64,000 bases of DNA from Candidatus Methanomethylicaceae archaeon (GTDB lineage: Archaea > Thermoproteota > Methanomethylicia > Methanomethylicales > Methanomethylicaceae): NCBI GenBank assembly GCA_025057955.1, contig JANXER010000001.1, positions 46,917 through 110,916 on the forward strand, read 5' to 3'. Positions 8,616 through 18,474 of the stretch are shown in pieces. The notes under the pieces are model-generated. The model worked only from the letters and a program-made list of their open reading frames with translations, was not told the origin of the DNA and ran no database searches. The position numbers and the translations under genes were made by a program. Every line of letters starts with the position of its first letter. Positions within the stretch are counted from its first letter, which is position 1.

Positions 8616-8699
8616 GCCGGGGTGGCTGAGTGGTTAAGGCGCCGGCCTTGAGAGCCGGTCCCCCTATGGGGGTCAAGGGTTCGAATCCCTTCCCCGGCG
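8616..8699 (+). tRNA. tRNA-Ser (anticodon UGA), long variable arm, no encoded CCA
   Basis: Acceptor GCCGGGG/CCCCGGC, anticodon stem CCGGC/GCCGG with loop CUUGAGA, variable arm CCCCCUAUGGGGGUC, T-arm AAGGGUUCGAAUCCCUU. Confidence 0.8.
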
Positions 8700-8771
8700 C
8701 TAAACATTCATTTTTAGACCATTAGTAAAGTATGGTGCATGATTTTAGGAAGATTGCAAGCTGCTATTAAA

Positions 8772-10301
8772 TTATATTGAGTGGTTAATTTTTTTAACCC
8801 ATGCATTCTCAACGGAAAGACCACGCCATTTTATTTGAAAGCCACACATAGTTATTATTGATATGGCATCTGGTAGATTGAAACGTTCTAAAGCTTCTAA
8901 AACTTTTTTTAAAGGGGCTTCATCATTTACTAAATTTATAAGCATTTCTCTTATTTCTTCCATAAGCCTTTTCTCAATAAAGGTATTTCCAATCAATACA
9001 TGAGTTTTTACCTTATCAGCAGCAGCCCTTATGGCTTCAAGAGGAAGTTTCAATCTTTTAGCTATTTCATCTATAGTCTCTATGGGTGCTTTTATATCTA
9101 AGCTCAATTCAGAAGCACATTTTTTAACCTCTTCTTCCATTATGGATTGAAGAAAGGATAAAACTTCCCTCAAGGGGATTTTATCTTTATAATATATAAG
9201 ATGAAGATTTGGATTTGAGGATAATTTCTCAACTTTATCACATGCTAAAGATTCATTTATTGCAACTATTATTGGTTCTTTAACATTCTTAAGCTTCTCT
9301 AGTTTTCTCATCAAATACTCCCTAGTCCAAAAACCAACAATTTCCATAATGACTTTCTTATTTGTAAAGTGAAATGAAAAATCTGGAATCATAATGCAAT
9401 TTTCCAAATAAATTGGTTCAGTCTCTCTTTTTATAATCCAAGGTGTATTTAAAGCTTTGAATTCAGCAGCAAATTCTTCTTCTAAAGCACTATCATAGCT
9501 TTCCTTCAACTCAAAGCATGGAAATAACCATGCATGTTTTTTACTATCTAGTTTAAAACAAAAAATTTTATTTCTATATAATATATTGGACTCTATTTGC
9601 CAATGTCTTCCAGATAAAATCTCTGGAAGAACCTTTGCCATAGCCATTCCATAACGTCTAGTAAGCTTAAGAATGGATGCAGGACCATCGATTTTAAACC
9701 ATCCAGATCCCTTTAGACTATATATCAAACCGTAGTATTTTATTGCTCTGAATATCCTTTGCCAATTTCCACCAACTGAAAAATTCATTTCAATGGCATG
9801 AAAAAGAAGAGTTTGTGTTAAGGATAGATTATATTCTTTAAGTAGATCCATTGGATTAATTTTCTTAACATTTAAAAGTATATCCTCTGATTTCAAATCA
9901 GCATAAATTGATTGTTCAATTTCCTCTGGCGTTAACTTAAACTCTTTAGCAATAATTTCTATAATTTTATTTCTCTCCTCTTGATTAATAGGATATCCTA
10001 GTTCTGAGGCTTTTTCAAATAATGCTTGTCTAATCGCTTTAGGATCAATTGAATATGAGGATTTAAAGAGGCATTCACGCTCAATAAGCGTAGAAAGACC
10101 TCTCACTAATTTATAGCTTCCATATAAATTTTCCAAATCAGTAATTTTCTCTTTAATTTCTCTTCTTCTTAATCCAATGCTATTTTCATATGTTTGAATA
10201 ATTGCTCTAGTAATGGATAAATCAACATCATTAAGCTTTGAATATTTTGGCCAAATATGATTTCCTCGATGTACAATTGGAAGAAGTTCAAATGGAAGCA
10301 C
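8772..10301 (-). CDS. bax1: Bax1 nuclease (DUF790), the partner of XPB
   Basis: 509 aa. C-terminal PD-(D/E)xK-like block IPDFSFHF...MEIVGFWTREYLMRKL. It lies directly downstream of, and overlapping, the XPB helicase gene. Confidence 0.7.
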   Translation of the reverse strand: MLPFELLPIVHRGNHIWPKYSKLNDVDLSITRAIIQTYENSIGLRRREIKEKITDLENLYGSYKLVRGLSTLIERECLFKSSYSIDPKAIRQALFEKASELGYPINQEERNKIIEIIAKEFKLTPEEIEQSIYADLKSEDILLNVKKINPMDLLKEYNLSLTQTLLFHAIEMNFSVGGNWQRIFRAIKYYGLIYSLKGSGWFKIDGPASILKLTRRYGMAMAKVLPEILSGRHWQIESNILYRNKIFCFKLDSKKHAWLFPCFELKESYDSALEEEFAAEFKALNTPWIIKRETEPIYLENCIMIPDFSFHFTNKKVIMEIVGFWTREYLMRKLEKLKNVKEPIIVAINESLACDKVEKLSSNPNLHLIYYKDKIPLREVLSFLQSIMEEEVKKCASELSLDIKAPIETIDEIAKRLKLPLEAIRAAADKVKTHVLIGNTFIEKRLMEEIREMLINLVNDEAPLKKVLEALERFNLPDAISIITMCGFQIKWRGLSVENAWVKKINHSI

Positions 10302-11629
10302 TATTTCATCCTCCGCCTTCTACTGAAGTCTACATCCTTTGTCTCTCTAGAAATAATTTCAAATAATATTGCTCTCTTACCTTCCCTCTTTCTAAGAAGC
10401 CTTCCAAGGCGCTGTATATGTTGGCGTGGACTTCCATAACCAGCTAGTACAATTCCTCTACTTGCATCTGGTACATCTATACCTTCATCAAGCACTAAGC
10501 TAGTTACTATGGCTTTATATTCACCAGATTTGAATTTCTCAAGTATTATTTTTCTTTCTTCTTCAGAAGTTTCATGGGTTATTGCAGGAATTAAAAATCT
10601 TCTGCTTATTTCATAAACTAAACTATTATGAAGTGTAAATATTATGGTTTTTTCATTAGAAGATTTAAGTTGCTCTTTTAGAAAACTCATTTTAGATTCT
10701 GAATTAAGAGCAATTTTCAGTGCCTTTGCTCTTGCAAGAAGTGCTTCTCTAGCTTCTGGATTGGTTGCAGACATGGCTATTAATTTTTGAAAATCCTTAT
10801 TACTTTCCATGCGAATGCCATGCTTTTCAAGAAATGAAGTATATATTTTCCACAATCTATCGTATTCTTCTCTTTCCTCTGGTGTTAAATCAACATATAT
10901 TCTCTTATGTTCATATGGAGCAATATAAACTCCTGCGAGATCATCATGGGTAGCTTCATAAACTACTCCTCCTATTAACCTTGGAGCATCAAGATGGCGC
11001 ATATCACTTCTATGAAGTGTGCTAGTGAGTCCCATTCTATATGGGGCAGCAAAAATCTCAGCAATATGACAATAAGCTGGTGCAAATATATGATGGGCTT
11101 CATCAGCTATAAGAAGTTCAAATTTATCTCCAAGCTCTTCAGCCCTAATATATGCGGAGTCATAAGTTGAAACCGTAACCCACTTAATATCAGCCTTACC
11201 ACCCCCTAAAATTCCTGCATTAATGCCAAGAATTTTCTCCAAGCGCTCCATCCATTGATCTATTAAGGCTAGTGTTGGAGCTAATATTATTGTGCTTTTT
11301 CTTAGAACCTCTATAGCCTTGAGTCCAATAAAGGTTTTACCTCCAGCTGTAGCAATACATATAGTTCCCCAACAACCATTATCCATCCATCTTTCAAATG
11401 CTTCCTTTTGAAATGGATAGAGCTCTACACTTCCACTAAATTGTTGAGGAGAAATTGGTTTCAAAACTTCATCCTTGAAGGGAATTTTGCTTCTTTCTAA
11501 ATATCTCACTATATCTCTATAGCAATATGCAGGTGCTCTATAAGCTCTAACTCTAGGATCCCATTGACCATATGGTGTTGGAATATCACCATGTATTATT
11601 ATAGTTCCCTTGGAGTAGCTTAGCCTCAA
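10301..11629 (-). CDS. xpb: XPB/Rad25-type SF2 DNA repair helicase
   Basis: N-terminal damage-recognition-like domain, Walker A TAGGKT, DEAH box LIADEAHH, and helicase motif VI QRLGRLLR; 442 aa. Confidence 0.85.
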   Translation of the reverse strand: MRLSYSKGTIIIHGDIPTPYGQWDPRVRAYRAPAYCYRDIVRYLERSKIPFKDEVLKPISPQQFSGSVELYPFQKEAFERWMDNGCWGTICIATAGGKTFIGLKAIEVLRKSTIILAPTLALIDQWMERLEKILGINAGILGGGKADIKWVTVSTYDSAYIRAEELGDKFELLIADEAHHIFAPAYCHIAEIFAAPYRMGLTSTLHRSDMRHLDAPRLIGGVVYEATHDDLAGVYIAPYEHKRIYVDLTPEEREEYDRLWKIYTSFLEKHGIRMESNKDFQKLIAMSATNPEAREALLARAKALKIALNSESKMSFLKEQLKSSNEKTIIFTLHNSLVYEISRRFLIPAITHETSEEERKIILEKFKSGEYKAIVTSLVLDEGIDVPDASRGIVLAGYGSPRQHIQRLGRLLRKREGKRAILFEIISRETKDVDFSRRRRMK

Positions 11630-11668
11630 GGATCTCGGAATATAATTGAAAAAACAATTTTATAATTC

Positions 11669-12781
11669 TTATGATAGAAGCCATATGTTTCCTATAGACA
11701 CATTATCAAGATATTTCAACGCCACTTCTTTACACTTTAATGCTAAAGATCTACTCGTCCTAGGTAAATCCTCCATAAGAAAACACCCATAAAATCCTAA
11801 AAGAGTATAGGGAATGCTTCGATTTATTGAGCTTATAAATTCTGCAATATTTCTTACCTCTTCCACATCAATATATCCTGGCACTAATAATGTGCTCACT
11901 GATATTAAAGGCACCTCCAGCCTTTTCTCATAAAACTTACCAAGAAGTTTCAAATTATTAAGGGATGATCTATTGGAAGTTCCACATAGAATTATATTGA
12001 GGTTTTCATCCCAAGATTTTATATCAAACTTTATATTTCCACCGCTTTCCAATGCATATTCTCCCATCATTGGTATGAAATCTTCAGAGATATTTCCATT
12101 GGTCTCCCAACAAAGTCTTAATATTCTATTTGATTCCTTTGCTTTTTCTAAGGCAATTTTGCTGGTCTCCAAGCAATGTGGCATTTGAGTGGAGGGATCT
12201 CCTCCAAAATAACATATACATGATACACTTTTTTTCTCAGCTTTTGCTGCTAAGTCTTTAGCACTTATGAAACTTTTCAAACCAACGGTAAGCTTTCTGA
12301 AGTGCCAATTCTGACAATAAAGACAATCATAGCTACATGAACCATAAAAAACAGCAAGATTTTCATGAAATATTTCAGGTCCTTGAGAATAAGAATATTT
12401 TGGATAGCCTCTTCCAGTACATCCTGGACAAAACCAAGATGCTACACAATTAGTAGGTAGAGGATCATAATACCATTCCAAAATTCCTCTATCCGGACTT
12501 CCACCAAGTCGAATTAAACGTCCTTCAATATTCTTAACTAAGCCACAAAATCCAATTTCTCCTATTCCAATAGAGCAACTATTTGCACAACCATTACACT
12601 TTATTCCATTTGGATTTCTAAGTGGACTCGGAGGCAATCCAAATTTCAATCTTGCAGATGCTCGCCTCTTTTGAGCAATTTCTAGAGCTTCTTCTGGCCT
12701 TTTCCTTATACAATTAAGGCATATTGAGAGAAAGCTTGATATGGTTGGATGTGATATATGGCAAAGCGAACATTTACCCAT
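11669..12781 (-). CDS. Radical SAM enzyme of the PflA-like/COG1180 type, with a Cys-rich N-terminal extension
   Basis: CSYDCLYCQNW (CxxxCxxC followed by QN) near residue 150. Upstream Cys clusters are CxxC..CxxC, CNGCANSC..C and CVASWFCPGC; 370 aa. Confidence 0.65.
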   Translation of the reverse strand: MGKCSLCHISHPTISSFLSICLNCIRKRPEEALEIAQKRRASARLKFGLPPSPLRNPNGIKCNGCANSCSIGIGEIGFCGLVKNIEGRLIRLGGSPDRGILEWYYDPLPTNCVASWFCPGCTGRGYPKYSYSQGPEIFHENLAVFYGSCSYDCLYCQNWHFRKLTVGLKSFISAKDLAAKAEKKSVSCICYFGGDPSTQMPHCLETSKIALEKAKESNRILRLCWETNGNISEDFIPMMGEYALESGGNIKFDIKSWDENLNIILCGTSNRSSLNNLKLLGKFYEKRLEVPLISVSTLLVPGYIDVEEVRNIAEFISSINRSIPYTLLGFYGCFLMEDLPRTSRSLALKCKEVALKYLDNVSIGNIWLLS

Positions 12782-12804
12782 ATGTTATAGATTGTAATCT
12801 AATT

Positions 12805-13251
12805 TTAAATTCCTATCCAATAAGCACCCTCTGCTGTATATTCTTTCTTCCATATTGGAATTTCATGTTTAACTTTTTCCAAAGTTGCCCTTATGGCATC
12901 TATGGCTTTTTCACTTCTTTCAGCTGCAACAATAATGTATAGCACATCTTCACCAGGCGAAAAGACTCCATATTTATGACAAACGGCAACATCAATTATT
13001 CCACCCATCATATATATTGTATTTGCAATATTTTCCAAGGATCTTTTAGCAATTTCCTCGAATACCTCATATTCCAATTTTTCCACTTTTTTCCCATCTA
13101 GAGTTTTTCCTCTAACAACCCCTATGAAAGCTACAATTGCACCATAGTTTTTATCTTTTATATTATCCTTAAGCATTTTCATAAGAGATGAAAGATCGAT
13201 AGCATCCTCTTTTTTTGCAAGTAAACCAATTGGCATAAATATGTATTCCAT
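12805..13251 (-). CDS. moaE: Molybdopterin synthase catalytic subunit MoaE
   Basis: GAIVAFIGVVRG, the C-terminal PIWKKE motif, and 148 aa. Confidence 0.75.
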   Translation of the reverse strand: MEYIFMPIGLLAKKEDAIDLSSLMKMLKDNIKDKNYGAIVAFIGVVRGKTLDGKKVEKLEYEVFEEIAKRSLENIANTIYMMGGIIDVAVCHKYGVFSPGEDVLYIIVAAERSEKAIDAIRATLEKVKHEIPIWKKEYTAEGAYWIGI

Positions 13252-13274
13252 CTATCTTTTATTAATCATTTACT

Positions 13275-14429
13275 ATGTTAATTGAAAATCTTCTAGACTA
13301 TGAAGATAATCTTTTGAGAAGCTTAATAGAGATATATGGAGCTAGGTTAAGCGCAATTATAAGTGCTATATCAAGGCCTCCCAAGGAGTATGCTCTTCGT
13401 GTAAATACTCTAAGGACGGATATTTACAAAGTCATAAATGAAATAAATGAAATGGGGTTTAATTGTAGAGCTTCTGAAATAATAGATGAAGCAGTTTTAG
13501 TGGAAATTAAGGGCCCCTATCAAGTGGAAAAATTAGGAAAATTAGTGGTTGCAAAAAAAGGAGCTGCTGAAAGTGTAATGTTAGGGAGCAAATTATATGC
13601 CCCTGGAGTATTGAGGTGTGAAAAATATAGAGTTGGAGAAATGGTACGCATAGAGGATCCAAGGGGGCATATAGTTGGTAGAGGTATTGCATTAATGCCA
13701 CCAAAAGTAGATGATAAGAAAAAGCGAGGATTGGCTGTGGATACAAAGGAATCAATATATAGACTTCCTCCATTCAGAGAGACTTCACTTTATAAATTAG
13801 GACTTATTAGAGAGCAAGGAATACCTGCTATGATTGTTTCAAGAGAACTAGAGCCAAAAAAGGGAGAAATTATTGTAGATATGTGCGCTGCTCCAGGAGG
13901 TAAGACATTACATATAGCTCAGCTCATAGAGGATCAAGGAAGAATTTATGCCTTCGATAATTCTAAGGATAGATTAATGAGTTTAATTGAAGATGCTGAA
14001 AGGCTTGGCTTTAAAAGCATAATTCCAATATGTCATGATTCAAGATTTTTAGATGTAGATTTTCCCTCACTTAAAGCGGATAAAGTATTAGTTGATCCTC
14101 CATGTTCAGCCCTAGGCGTAAGGCCAAAGCTTTATGAGGATTCTAATTATAAAAGAGTTTTAGGATGTGCAGAATATCAAAAACAATTCATGAAGGTAGC
14201 AAGTAAAATAGTAAAGAAGGGAGGAATAATCGTTTATTCCACATGCACTTTAACCTTAGAGGAAAATGAGAAAATCGTGGAATTTGCTCTAGAGAACTTA
14301 GGGCTAGAACTTGAGGATCAATATATTAAAGTAGGAGAGGAGGGATTTGGAATTAAGCTTGTGCAGAGATTTAATCCCGATAAACTTGAAATGCCAGGAT
14401 ATTTTATAGCTAAATTTGTGAAAAAATGA
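13275..14429 (+). CDS. NOL1/NOP2/Sun-family RNA cytosine-C5 methyltransferase with an N-terminal PUA domain
   Basis: DMCAAPGGKT SAM motif, DPPCS (motif IV), TCT (motif VI), and an N-terminal PUA-like region. Confidence 0.85.
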   Translation: MLIENLLDYEDNLLRSLIEIYGARLSAIISAISRPPKEYALRVNTLRTDIYKVINEINEMGFNCRASEIIDEAVLVEIKGPYQVEKLGKLVVAKKGAAESVMLGSKLYAPGVLRCEKYRVGEMVRIEDPRGHIVGRGIALMPPKVDDKKKRGLAVDTKESIYRLPPFRETSLYKLGLIREQGIPAMIVSRELEPKKGEIIVDMCAAPGGKTLHIAQLIEDQGRIYAFDNSKDRLMSLIEDAERLGFKSIIPICHDSRFLDVDFPSLKADKVLVDPPCSALGVRPKLYEDSNYKRVLGCAEYQKQFMKVASKIVKKGGIIVYSTCTLTLEENEKIVEFALENLGLELEDQYIKVGEEGFGIKLVQRFNPDKLEMPGYFIAKFVKK

Positions 14430-14983
14430 AGAAAATAATATTAGCAATTACAGAAAATTCTAACCATGAATTATTAACAATTGCAGAAAGTAGCTATAGG
14501 AAAAAATTTTCAAATTTAAAAATTTATGAGAAACCCATTTCCATTACTAAAGTTCCCTATAGAATCAATATTAAGGGGGAGAGACAATATCTTGCAGATG
14601 CTATATTGAAGGAAGGAGCTTCTTTATTGGAGGAGAACTCTGTATTAATTATCATTACAGACTTCGATATTTATACATATGGAACTAACTATATATTTGG
14701 TTTAGCAACTAAATATATGGGAATAGTTTCCTCCGCAAGAATAAATCCAAAATTTTGGAGCCAAATTCCTGAGATATATCAATATACAACAATGGGAAGG
14801 GAATTCTTTATAAAACAGTATGAAAAAGTTCTTTTACATGAATTAGGTCATACAATATCATTAACTCATTGTAATAATATCAAATGTGTGATGAAATTTT
14901 CAAATTCTCCAATAGAACTTTATTCAAAGGGAGAGAATTATTGCGAAAAGTGTCAAAAGTACATTAATGCTCATTTTTTATGA
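14426..14983 (+). CDS. amzA: Archaemetzincin
   Basis: HELGHTISLTHCNNIKCVM...CEKCQK, i.e. the HExxHxxGxxHCxxxxC...CxxC signature; 185 aa. Confidence 0.8.
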   Translation: MKKIILAITENSNHELLTIAESSYRKKFSNLKIYEKPISITKVPYRINIKGERQYLADAILKEGASLLEENSVLIIITDFDIYTYGTNYIFGLATKYMGIVSSARINPKFWSQIPEIYQYTTMGREFFIKQYEKVLLHELGHTISLTHCNNIKCVMKFSNSPIELYSKGENYCEKCQKYINAHFL

Positions 14984-15468
14984 ACTTTTCTCTTTAAGTA
15001 ATGCCCACAAACCCTACAAAACTTCTCAAGTGGACCATAGGTAGCACCACACGCAGGACAATAGATTAGCCAAAAGTATCTCTTTTTAATTCCCTCAGTC
15101 ATCATAGACTTAAATTTTAAGGATAATAAAGAACATAAATTTTGTAGACCATAATCATCGCTAACTATTATTGGATCCTTTCCCTCTTCTTTTAATTCAA
15201 GGGCTAAAGCTATAATACTTAAGTCAGTTTCCGAAAGATCCCATAAATCTCCGCTAGTATTTGCCTTTTGTCTTACAAGCTCTATAAATTCATGTCTAGG
15301 TGATTTCAATATTAATTTTCCTAGTGAAAGGCATAAATCTATAAAATCCCTAAGTCTGCTCCTTGAAAGCTCAGATATAACATTAGGAGTTATATAGTGT
15401 TCGCCCTTTACAAGCTGAGGATTAAAACCATGTATAAAGGCGGAGGTATCCAATATATATACTCTCAT
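14971..15468 (-). CDS. nob1: Nob1-like endonuclease (PIN domain plus C-terminal Zn ribbon)
   Basis: N-terminal PIN block VYILDTSAFI, C-terminal CPACG...CRVCG, and 165 aa. Confidence 0.7.
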   Translation of the reverse strand: MRVYILDTSAFIHGFNPQLVKGEHYITPNVISELSRSRLRDFIDLCLSLGKLILKSPRHEFIELVRQKANTSGDLWDLSETDLSIIALALELKEEGKDPIIVSDDYGLQNLCSLLSLKFKSMMTEGIKKRYFWLIYCPACGATYGPLEKFCRVCGHYLKRKVHKK

Positions 15469-16259
15469 AAAATCATCTTATCCTTTATACGTTCATAGAA
15501 CTTATATGGTTCAATTCTAATGAATTTAACTTGTTTCTTTGATTTCTCAATGATCACTGGTTTTTCACTAATAACCATACAAACTTCATCTCCATCTATT
15601 ATTAGCATTCCATTTGAATTATGTAGAATTATTTCAATTTTGCTTGATAATGGTAGTATAAATGGACGAAGATTCATGGAGAGCGGACATATGAAAATAG
15701 CCTCTATGATATCCACCCAAGGATCTACTATGGCGCCTCCAGCAGATAGAGCATAAGCGCTTGCACCAGTAGATGTTGAAATAATTATGCCATCAGCCCT
15801 TCCTTTATGTAAAATAATTCCATCTTTTAAAAGGGATAAATGAATAATTTTAGATGGAATAGGGGAGGTTATTAGAGCTTCATTTAGTGCATAGTAGCTT
15901 TTATCCATATACCTTACATCTAGCATGGATCTTACGTCAAAATAATATTCTCCAGATAAAATCTTACTTATTACACTCTTAGCATTTTGAGGGGTTGTTT
16001 CGCATAGAAAACCCAACGTTCCAACTTTTATTCCAAGTATTGGTACATCATTTATTTTATGCGAAGCTCTAACTATAGTTCCATCTCCACCAATAACTAT
16101 TACGAGATCGGCATGAGATTCATCAATAGCATCAAGCTTGTTCAACTCTTTATATTCTATATGAATATTTTTCAATTTTAAATATTCTCCAATTTCTTTG
16201 CTGATTTCCTCAGCCTCTTTTGATGTATGCTTATGAACTATAGCTACTTTAGATATCAC
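15465..16259 (-). CDS. nadK: NAD+ kinase
   Basis: VIVIGGDGT and NEALI motifs; 264 aa. Confidence 0.85.
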   Translation of the reverse strand: MISKVAIVHKHTSKEAEEISKEIGEYLKLKNIHIEYKELNKLDAIDESHADLVIVIGGDGTIVRASHKINDVPILGIKVGTLGFLCETTPQNAKSVISKILSGEYYFDVRSMLDVRYMDKSYYALNEALITSPIPSKIIHLSLLKDGIILHKGRADGIIISTSTGASAYALSAGGAIVDPWVDIIEAIFICPLSMNLRPFILPLSSKIEIILHNSNGMLIIDGDEVCMVISEKPVIIEKSKKQVKFIRIEPYKFYERIKDKMIL

Positions 16260-16320
16260 AAGATCATTAAACTTCCTTAGTTTTAAATATTTGTTTGTAA
16301 ATATTAGGATTGGTGATTTA

Positions 16321-17346
16321 ATGGGAGAAATGACACCGAAAAAGAGAGCGCTTCTATGTATAACTGGAAATAAAAAGAAGGCAGATAGAATTTCTTGCTT
16401 TGATGTATTAACTACTGCTACAGTAGATCAAATGAATGCAGTAAAAGCACCATTTCCAGATGCGCACAGAGATCCAGAGCTATGCTTTAGACTTGCTGCA
16501 GCAGCGTGGGAAATAATTGGATTGGAAGGATTTAAGCTACCATTTGATCTTTGTATTGAGGCAGAGGCCTTAGGTTGTAAAATACATTGGGGAAGAATTG
16601 ATAGACATCCAAGTGTGGAAGCTCCTGTCTTCAATGATTTAGAAGAATTTAAAGTTCCAGAGAAAATAATAGAAATGGGAAGATTTCCAATAAAACATGG
16701 AGTAGAAGAGAGATTAAGAAGGGAATATGGAGATTATCTGCCTATTGCAAATCAAGTTACTGGACCATTCACTGTCGCTGGACATATATTTGGAATAGAA
16801 AGATTTCTAATTTGGACAAAGAAGAAACCAAGAGAGAAAATTGAGGAAGTCCTTAGGCTTATTGCTGATATCAATATAGAGGACTCCAAGGAGGCATTGC
16901 GTAGTGGAGCTGATGTTATATGCATTGCCGATCCATCAGCAACATCTGATATAATCTCTCCACAATTCTTCAAGGAAACACTAGTGCCAATATACAAATA
17001 TATGGTAAGAAAAATAGGAGCTCCAGTGGTATTACATATATGTGGAAATACAATGGCATATTTGCCATATCTTCCAGATACAGAAATAGATGCCTTCTCA
17101 GCTGATGCTCAAGTTCACATAGGGTTTGCTAAGCAAGTTCTAGGCGATAGAGTGGCAATTGTTGGTAATGTGCCCACTATAAGCGTATTATTACTTGGTA
17201 ATCCACAAACGGTTAGAAAAGCTACAATAGAGGCAATAAGCCAAGGAGTGGATGTTGTCATGCCATCTTGTGGTATACCTCCTAGAACACCAACTGAAAA
17301 CTTTAAGGCTATGGTAGAAGCTGCTCGATGTTGGGTATATGTGTGA
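16321..17346 (+). CDS. mtaA: Methylcobamide:CoM-type methyltransferase of the MtaA/MtbA/CmuA family (uroporphyrinogen-decarboxylase fold)
   Basis: The start MGEMTPKKRALLCITG..DRISCFDV resembles the typical MtaA N-terminus. The URO-D-like C-terminal region includes HICGN. The ORF-track start at 16291 is probably an upstream extension. Confidence 0.75.
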   Translation: MGEMTPKKRALLCITGNKKKADRISCFDVLTTATVDQMNAVKAPFPDAHRDPELCFRLAAAAWEIIGLEGFKLPFDLCIEAEALGCKIHWGRIDRHPSVEAPVFNDLEEFKVPEKIIEMGRFPIKHGVEERLRREYGDYLPIANQVTGPFTVAGHIFGIERFLIWTKKKPREKIEEVLRLIADINIEDSKEALRSGADVICIADPSATSDIISPQFFKETLVPIYKYMVRKIGAPVVLHICGNTMAYLPYLPDTEIDAFSADAQVHIGFAKQVLGDRVAIVGNVPTISVLLLGNPQTVRKATIEAISQGVDVVMPSCGIPPRTPTENFKAMVEAARCWVYV

Positions 17347-17357
17347 GGTGAAGAGAA

Positions 17358-18032
17358 ATGGTAAATAAGGATGAAATTATAAGTAAATTTAAAGAAGCTA
17401 TAATAATTGGTGATGAAGAAGCTGCTGTAAGATTAGCTAAAGAAGCAATTGCTGCTGGTTTAGATGCTTATGAAATGGTCACAAAATACGGCGGAGAGGC
17501 TATGGAAGTTATAAATAAACAATATGAGGAAAAGAAAATTTTCGTTCCCGAGGTATTGCTTGCTGCTAATGCACTTAGTGCAGCTGTTGAAATACTTAAA
17601 CCTCATATGAAGGTTGAAAAAACATCAATACCAGCTAAAGTAGTACTAGGTGTAGTGGAAGGAGATATTCATGATATTGGAAAGAACCTTGTAAAGATAA
17701 TGTTAAGCTCTGCTGGTTTTGAAGTAATAGATCTTGGAAGGGATGTTCCCCTTCAGAAATTTATCGAAGTTGCTAAGCAGGAGAAAGCAGATGTTGTTGG
17801 AATGTCAGCATTAATGAGTACAACCATGCCTGGCATGAAGAAGGTAATAGACATGCTCAAAGATGCTGGAATAAGAAATAAAGTGAAAGTCATAGTGGGT
17901 GGAGCTCCTGTAACTGAGGAGTGGGCTCTTTCAATAGGCGCTGATGCTAGACCCAAAGATGCATCTGCAGCTGTAGGAATAACGAAGCAACTTGTTGAAA
18001 AATTGAGAAAAGAGAGAGGAGATAGCTGGTAA
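17358..18032 (+). CDS. Corrinoid (B12-binding) protein, cognate partner of the MtaA-type methyltransferase
   Basis: N-terminal helical cap, then the B12-binding motif GDIHDIGKN (DxHxxG), ...GMSALMSTT..., and VIVGGAP. Confidence 0.85.
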   Translation: MVNKDEIISKFKEAIIIGDEEAAVRLAKEAIAAGLDAYEMVTKYGGEAMEVINKQYEEKKIFVPEVLLAANALSAAVEILKPHMKVEKTSIPAKVVLGVVEGDIHDIGKNLVKIMLSSAGFEVIDLGRDVPLQKFIEVAKQEKADVVGMSALMSTTMPGMKKVIDMLKDAGIRNKVKVIVGGAPVTEEWALSIGADARPKDASAAVGITKQLVEKLRKERGDSW

Positions 18033-18034
18033 TA

Positions 18035-18042
18035 TTTTTTTT
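18035..18042 (+). terminator. Oligo-T terminator after the corrinoid protein gene
   Basis: A T8 run lies immediately 3' of the stop codon. Confidence 0.35.
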
Positions 18043-18059
18043 ATTATGAGGTAATTAAT

Positions 18060-18455
18060 ATGTCAACCAAACCCGTGGAAATTGGAGATCTAAAAGAGGG
18101 GAGCTTTGTAGTTATAGATAATGTTCCATGTAGAGTAGTTTCCATTGAAAAATCGAAAACAGGAAAGCATGGATCGGCTAAGGCTAGAGTTACAGCTATA
18201 GGTTTATTTGATGGTGTGAAGAGAAGCATAGTTGCACCAGCAGATCAAAAAGTAGAAGTTCCAATAGTGGAGAAAAGATCTGGTCAAGTGCTTGCAATAA
18301 TGAAGGATACAGTACAACTAATGGATTTAACAACATATGAGACTTTTGAAATAGAGAAACCTAAAAATGAGGAATTGCTTTCAAAGCTATCCCCTGGCAT
18401 TGAAGTTGAATATTGGGAGATATTGAATAGAAGGCATATCGTAAGAATTAAATGA
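18060..18455 (+). CDS. eif5a: Translation initiation factor 5A
   Basis: Hypusine loop KTGKHGSAK and 131 aa. Confidence 0.9.
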   Translation: MSTKPVEIGDLKEGSFVVIDNVPCRVVSIEKSKTGKHGSAKARVTAIGLFDGVKRSIVAPADQKVEVPIVEKRSGQVLAIMKDTVQLMDLTTYETFEIEKPKNEELLSKLSPGIEVEYWEILNRRHIVRIK

Positions 18456-18474
18456 ATTTTTATTTTGGGATACT

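Noticed and set aside
16291-16320. Upstream extension of the MtaA-type gene
   Set aside because: The MGEMTPKKRAL start matches the typical MtaA N-terminus, and the extra 10 codons have no support.
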